A program made the translations under genes and the position numbers. DNA of 48,103 nt from Deltaproteobacteria bacterium (GTDB lineage Bacteria; Myxococcota; SpSt-1050; JACRCP01): assembly GCA_016218965.1 (NCBI GenBank), contig JACRCP010000396.1, positions 1 to 48,103 on the forward strand. The letters are read 5' to 3'. The notes beneath the pieces were generated by a model that saw only the letters and a list, made by a program, of their open reading frames with translations, was not told where the DNA came from and did no database searches. Positions 44,110 to 48,103 of this stretch are shown here, piece after piece; within the stretch, counting starts at the first letter, position 1, and every line of letters begins with the position of its first letter.

Positions 44110-44397
44110 CTACCCCGGGATCGCGGAAAAAGAAAACACATCATACAACCCTGAAGGGGTTGCGTCCTTCTTTTCGTACAAGTCCAGCGCCGCCTCCTCC
44201 CACTCCGCCTCCGTCGGCAATCGCTTCCCCGCCCATGCGCAGTACGCCTTGCTTTGGTTCCAGTCCACGCAGTTGATCGGGTGGCTGTCCCTCCCCGAAA
44301 CGCCGTAGTTGCAGTAGGTGCCTGGACGGCCCAGCGGTACGTGGCACCGTCGTGTTCGCACCGTCGTGTTCAGCACCAAGCTCAGGGCCTCGGACAA
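44110..44397 (-). pseudogene. Fragment of a formylglycine-generating-enzyme/sulfatase-modifying-factor (FGE/SUMF1) domain gene
   Basis: Only ~95 aa, containing the central FGE signature [39 protein letters not shown]. The N- and C-terminal thirds of the ~250-aa domain are missing, and it overlaps the aminotransferase 3' end. Confidence 0.5.
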
Positions 44398-45578
44398 AGT
44401 CCTCGGCCGCTCAGCGCCGCTTTAACTCCGCGGACCGCCTGGCGGATCCGGTGCTCGTTTTCGACGAGGGCGAACCTGACGTAGCCTTCGCCGTGCTCGC
44501 CGAAACCCACGCCGGGCGAAACGGCGACCTTTCCCTTCTGCAAGAGCAGTTTGGAGAACCCGACGGAACCCATCGGCCGGAACGCCTCGGGGATCGGCGC
44601 CCAGACGAACATCGTCCCTTTGGGCTTCGGGAAATCCCAGCCGATCCGCGAAAGTCCGTTCACAAGGCAGTCCCGGCGCTTCCGGTAGACCTCGCGGACC
44701 TCGTCAACGGCCCTGTACGGCCCGTTGAGCGCGACGGTCGCGGCGATCTGGATTGCCTGGAACATCCCGTAGTCGAGGTAGCTCTTGAGGCGCGTGAGCG
44801 CATGGACCAGCCGGCCATTGCCGACGACGAAACCGACCCGCCATCCGGGCATCGAGTAGCCCTTGGACATCGAGTACAGCTCGACCGCGACGTCTTTGGC
44901 GCCGGGTACCTGGAGGATCGAAGGCGCCCTGTACCCGTCGAAGACGATGTCGCCGTACGCGTTGTCGTGCACGAGAAGGAGCCTGTGCTCGCGCGCGAAC
45001 TCGACCGCCCTCTTGAAGAAGTCGAGGTCCACCACCTCGGTGGTGGGGTTGTGCGGAAACGAGATGATCATCATCTTGGGCGCCGGCCAAAGCGATTTCA
45101 CGGCGCGCTCGGCCCGCTCGAGGAAGTCCCCGGCGCCCGGGACGAGCGGGATCGAGCGCACGTCGGCGCCGGCGATCACCACGGAATAGGTGTGGATTGG
45201 ATAGGTCGGGTTGGGCACGAGCGCTATGTCGCCCTGTCCCATCACCGCGAGCACGAGGTGCGAAAGCCCCTCCTTGGCTCCGATGACGGCGACAGCTTCG
45301 GTTTCGGGGTCGAGATCGACGCCGTAACGCCGGTGATACCAGTTGCAGATCGCCAGCCGGAGCTTGGGGATTCCCCGGGAAGCCGAGTAACGGTGATTCC
45401 GCGGCTTGCGCGCCGCCTCGATGAGCTTTTCGACTATGTGCGGCGGAGTCGCGATGTCGGGGTTTCCCATCCCGAGATCGACGATGTCCTCGCCGGCCCG
45501 CCGCATCCGGGTCTTGAGGTCCGAGACGACCGCCAGGATATACGGCGGCAGCCGCGCTATGCGCGGAAACTCTTCCAT
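44382..45578 (-). CDS. Class I/II pyridoxal-phosphate aminotransferase (aspartate/alanine/LL-DAP aminotransferase-like)
   Basis: 398 aa. PLP-lysine region [17 protein letters not shown]-terminal LGMGNPD and NPTYP motifs. Confidence 0.85.
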   Translation of the reverse strand: MEEFPRIARLPPYILAVVSDLKTRMRRAGEDIVDLGMGNPDIATPPHIVEKLIEAARKPRNHRYSASRGIPKLRLAICNWYHRRYGVDLDPETEAVAVIGAKEGLSHLVLAVMGQGDIALVPNPTYPIHTYSVVIAGADVRSIPLVPGAGDFLERAERAVKSLWPAPKMMIISFPHNPTTEVVDLDFFKRAVEFAREHRLLLVHDNAYGDIVFDGYRAPSILQVPGAKDVAVELYSMSKGYSMPGWRVGFVVGNGRLVHALTRLKSYLDYGMFQAIQIAATVALNGPYRAVDEVREVYRKRRDCLVNGLSRIGWDFPKPKGTMFVWAPIPEAFRPMGSVGFSKLLLQKGKVAVSPGVGFGEHGEGYVRFALVENEHRIRQAVRGVKAALSGRGLCPRP

Positions 45579-45590
45579 GTGTCTCGTCGA

Positions 45591-46091
45591 CTACGGTCCC
45601 GTGCAGTTCCCGCCGAGACAGGTCGTTTCGCATGTGCCCGTTGTCCCGCACGTGAACGTGCAGTTCCCGCCCGGGCAGTCCGTCTGGCAGTTGGCCGCGC
45701 CTGTGCATTCCGACTTGCAGTTCCCGCCGTTGCAGTTGAGATCGCAGGTCGCATTTTCGCCGCATTTCAGCCGACAGTTGCCGCCCTTGCAGTCGAAGTC
45801 ACACGTCACCGAACCCTTGCACTCGTAGTCGCAGTTGCCGCCGAAACAGTCCGCATTGCAGTCGGACGCGGACACGCAACTGTCGCAGTTGCCCAGCTCA
45901 CACAATGCCTCGCAGTTTTCTTCGGCGCACGAGCCGCCGCCACCACCGCCGCCGTCGTCACCGCCTCCCCCGCCGGTATCGCCGCCGCCACCGCCGGGTC
46001 CCGCATCGGTCCCGTCGTCAGTCGACGTGCAACTGACGAAGGTCGCGGGCGCCAAAAGACAAACCGCCAAGATCCCGATGAAAAGCCGCAT
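45591..46091 (-). CDS. Cys-rich lipoprotein with about 10 tandem C-x-GGNC-x3-C units (beta-helix-like), unknown function
   Basis: ATG at 46091 with AAGGAGGG RBS. Lipobox ATFVSC, a poly-Gly/Asp linker, then repeats such as CFGGNCDYEC, CKGGNCRLKC, CNGGNCKSEC, CPGGNCTFTC, CLGGNC. Ends 12 nt upstream of the aminotransferase start. Confidence 0.65.
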   Translation of the reverse strand: MRLFIGILAVCLLAPATFVSCTSTDDGTDAGPGGGGGDTGGGGGDDGGGGGGGSCAEENCEALCELGNCDSCVSASDCNADCFGGNCDYECKGSVTCDFDCKGGNCRLKCGENATCDLNCNGGNCKSECTGAANCQTDCPGGNCTFTCGTTGTCETTCLGGNCTGP

Positions 46092-46233
46092 GTCTCCCTC
46101 CTTGGAGAAGTGTCATAGCCGTCACTTTAACAGCAGAATACTCCGATGGTCAACATAGCGAAAGGCGGCGATATTCCCGCTGTGACATTTTTGTTGCGCT
46201 GCGCACCGTCGCGAATACAATGCGTTCGAACGG

Positions 46234-46710
46234 ATGAGTCGCACAATCGACAAGGCCCTGACCGCGAGATACCGCGCGCTCGACAAGAGCATCCGGCTCC
46301 CAATCGAGGGCGAGGACGCCATCCGACCCGACCTGCTGATTGTCTTCCCATACCGGGGCCCCGCGAGAGCGCCCGAGGTCGTCATCGAGACCGACGAGTT
46401 TTCCGCCGTCTGCCCGTGGACAGGGCTTCCCGACCAGGGCGCACTCACCATCACCTACACCCCGAGGCGCCTGCTTCTTGAGCTAAAGTCGTTGAAGCAC
46501 TATCTCCTCACATTCCGGCAGGTCGGCATCGTCCAGGAGCACGCCGCCGCACGAATCCTCCGCGATCTCGCCCGAGCCGCCAAACCCGCCCGGATGACCG
46601 TGACCGTCGACTACAACGTCCGCGGCGGCCTCCACACCGTCGTCACCGTGCGGCACCCGCAAAGACCGGCGCCCAAACCGCAGAGGACGCAGAGAGCGCA
46701 GAGACAGTGA
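46234..46710 (+). CDS. queF: NADPH-dependent 7-cyano-7-deazaguanine (preQ0) reductase
   Basis: Type-I QueF motifs: the catalytic Cys in EFSAVCPWTGLPD and the ELKSLKHYLLTFR (E-x-K-S-x-K) signature. Confidence 0.85.
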   Translation: MSRTIDKALTARYRALDKSIRLPIEGEDAIRPDLLIVFPYRGPARAPEVVIETDEFSAVCPWTGLPDQGALTITYTPRRLLLELKSLKHYLLTFRQVGIVQEHAAARILRDLARAAKPARMTVTVDYNVRGGLHTVVTVRHPQRPAPKPQRTQRAQRQ

Positions 46711-46772
46711 AGAACCTGAATAGGTCGCGGTTGAATGTCCGGATGCGCCCTTGCAGGCGGAAGGGGTAGAAA

Positions 46773-47879
46773 ATGGGATTCAGGTGCGGTGTCGTCGGAC
46801 TGCCGAACGTCGGCAAGTCGACGCTTTTCAACGCCATCACGGGCAATTCGGTCCCCGCCGAAAACTACCCTTTCTGCACCGTTGACCCCAACACCGGGGT
46901 CGTCCCGGTCCCCGACTCCAGGCTCGACGCGCTCGTCGCGCTGCTTTCGCCGGACAAGTGGACGCCATCGGTGCTCGAGTTCATCGACATCGCCGGGCTG
47001 GTGAAGGGCGCATCAAACGGCGAGGGGTTGGGGAACCAGTTCCTCTCGCACATCCGCGAGGTGGACGTCATAGCCCACGTGGTCAGGTGTTTTTCGGACC
47101 CCAACGTCGCCCACGTATCGGGCGCTGTGGATCCCGCGGGCGACGCGAAGACCGTTCAGACCGAGCTTCTGCTCAAGGACCTCGACACGCTTCGGAAACG
47201 CCGGGACAAGATCATCAACCACGCGAGGTCGGGCGAGAAGGCGTACAAGGACGAGCTTGAGATCGTGGACAGGTTCGTTGCGCATGCCGACGGAGGCACG
47301 GCCCTCCGCTCCGCTGTAAAGACCGACTCCGAACGGCGCATCTCGGCCGAGCTGGGACTCCTCACAACCAAACCGGCGTTCTTCGTGGCAAACGTGGGCG
47401 AGGCCCGTCCGCCAGAGGAGGAGGCCGCGCTCCGTGCGCTCAAGACCCACGCCGCGGCCGAAGGGACCGGGCTCCTGGAGATCCGCGCGCGCTTTGAGGC
47501 CGAGCTTTTGGGCCTCGGTCCCGACGACCGCGCCGCGTTCATGGCCGACGCGGGCATGAAGGAAACGGGCCTCGATGCGCTGGTGCGCGAAGGATACCGG
47601 CTCCTGGACATCATCACATTCTACACGACCGTCGGAACGGAGATACGCGCGTGGACGGTCCCGCGCGGGACGAGGGCGGTGGATGCCGCCGGAAAGATCC
47701 ACACCGACATGGCAAAAGGCTTCGTGAAGGCCGAGTGCATCCGGGCCGAGGACCTCCTGGCCTGCGGGTCAGAGAAGGAAGCGCGGGCGAACGGCAAGGG
47801 GACCGTGGAGGGAAAGGACTACGTGGTCCGGGACGGCGACGTGCTGCACATCAGGTTCACCCCAGCCGCCGCAAGGTAG
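46773..47879 (+). CDS. ychF: Ribosome-binding ATPase YchF (Obg-family P-loop GTPase/ATPase)
   Basis: GVVGLPNVGKSTLFNA P-loop, DIAGLVKGAS, and a C-terminal TGS domain (VRAWTVPRGTRAVDAAGKIHTDMAKGFVKAE). Confidence 0.9.
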   Translation: MGFRCGVVGLPNVGKSTLFNAITGNSVPAENYPFCTVDPNTGVVPVPDSRLDALVALLSPDKWTPSVLEFIDIAGLVKGASNGEGLGNQFLSHIREVDVIAHVVRCFSDPNVAHVSGAVDPAGDAKTVQTELLLKDLDTLRKRRDKIINHARSGEKAYKDELEIVDRFVAHADGGTALRSAVKTDSERRISAELGLLTTKPAFFVANVGEARPPEEEAALRALKTHAAAEGTGLLEIRARFEAELLGLGPDDRAAFMADAGMKETGLDALVREGYRLLDIITFYTTVGTEIRAWTVPRGTRAVDAAGKIHTDMAKGFVKAECIRAEDLLACGSEKEARANGKGTVEGKDYVVRDGDVLHIRFTPAAAR

Positions 47880-48103
47880 GTCGCCATTGTCAGCCCTTTC
47901 AAGGCGTGTGATGAGGTGAAAATCCTGATCGGATACACTGGGGTACAGAGCGCATCGCTTTCTACCCTCACCCTGACCCTCTCCCGCTGGGCTGGTCTTT
48001 ACCCACAAGTCGCGGCAGCACGATGAGACGGCGAGTTGTTGGTACGGTGGATGACGGGTGAATCAGTGGAAGATATCGTACGCCATTTCGATATCCGCCA
48101 GGC

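Noticed and set aside
44352-46118. 588-aa plus-strand ORF across the aminotransferase and GGNC-lipoprotein genes
   Set aside because: Antisense to a PLP aminotransferase with a clear lysine motif. The translation is a low-complexity Arg/Ala/Val frame.
47880-48103. Possible tRNA or small RNA gene at the window end
   Set aside because: No cloverleaf-compatible sequence. Neither a GTTCRANYC T-loop nor an acceptor-stem complement could be found by eye. Left unannotated.

Overview
This is a GC-rich bacterial chromosomal window with about 45 supportable genes. The lipoprotein-heavy, Cys-rich content suggests a deltaproteobacterial or myxobacteria-like lineage (inference). The edges carry housekeeping genes: an EF-G family paralog and purF at the left, and queF, ychF and a class I/II aminotransferase at the right. 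The interior holds a flotillin/NfeD operon, a CASTOR/POLLUX-like RCK channel, a rhodanese/hydrolase pair, and a giant thioester-containing alpha-2-macroglobulin. It also holds a family of secreted or lipoprotein genes that carry (D-x-S-D)n low-complexity linkers, among them TIM-barrel glycosidase-like and beta-lactamase-like enzymes. Several small toxin-antitoxin-like pairs are present (AbrB/PIN, DUF4160/DUF2442, RelE-ParE/Phd, DUF433/DUF5615). Most notably there are four radical SAM (CxxxCxxC) enzymes. Two are convergent and overlap at their 3' ends, each beside a membrane protein. One is a SPASM-type enzyme immediately downstream of a Cys-rich repeat lipoprotein whose 45-aa N-terminal leader is shared with a paralog. 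One is a SPASM-type enzyme translationally fused, through a signal-peptide-like hydrophobic segment, to five tandem Cys-rich repeats of the form C-x-DVCCEC-x-YGV-x-PPD. The concentration of Cys-rich secreted repeat proteins and rSAM-SPASM maturase-like enzymes, plus a formylglycine-generating-enzyme (FGE) remnant, is the most unusual feature and a candidate undescribed protein or peptide modification system. A two-copy 45-bp double-palindrome element and a duplicated divergent-promoter cassette are also present. No rRNA, tRNA or CRISPR features were seen. Coordinates of starts chosen inside ORFs may be off by 1 nt in places because a few sequence lines could not be reconciled with the ORF track by eye.
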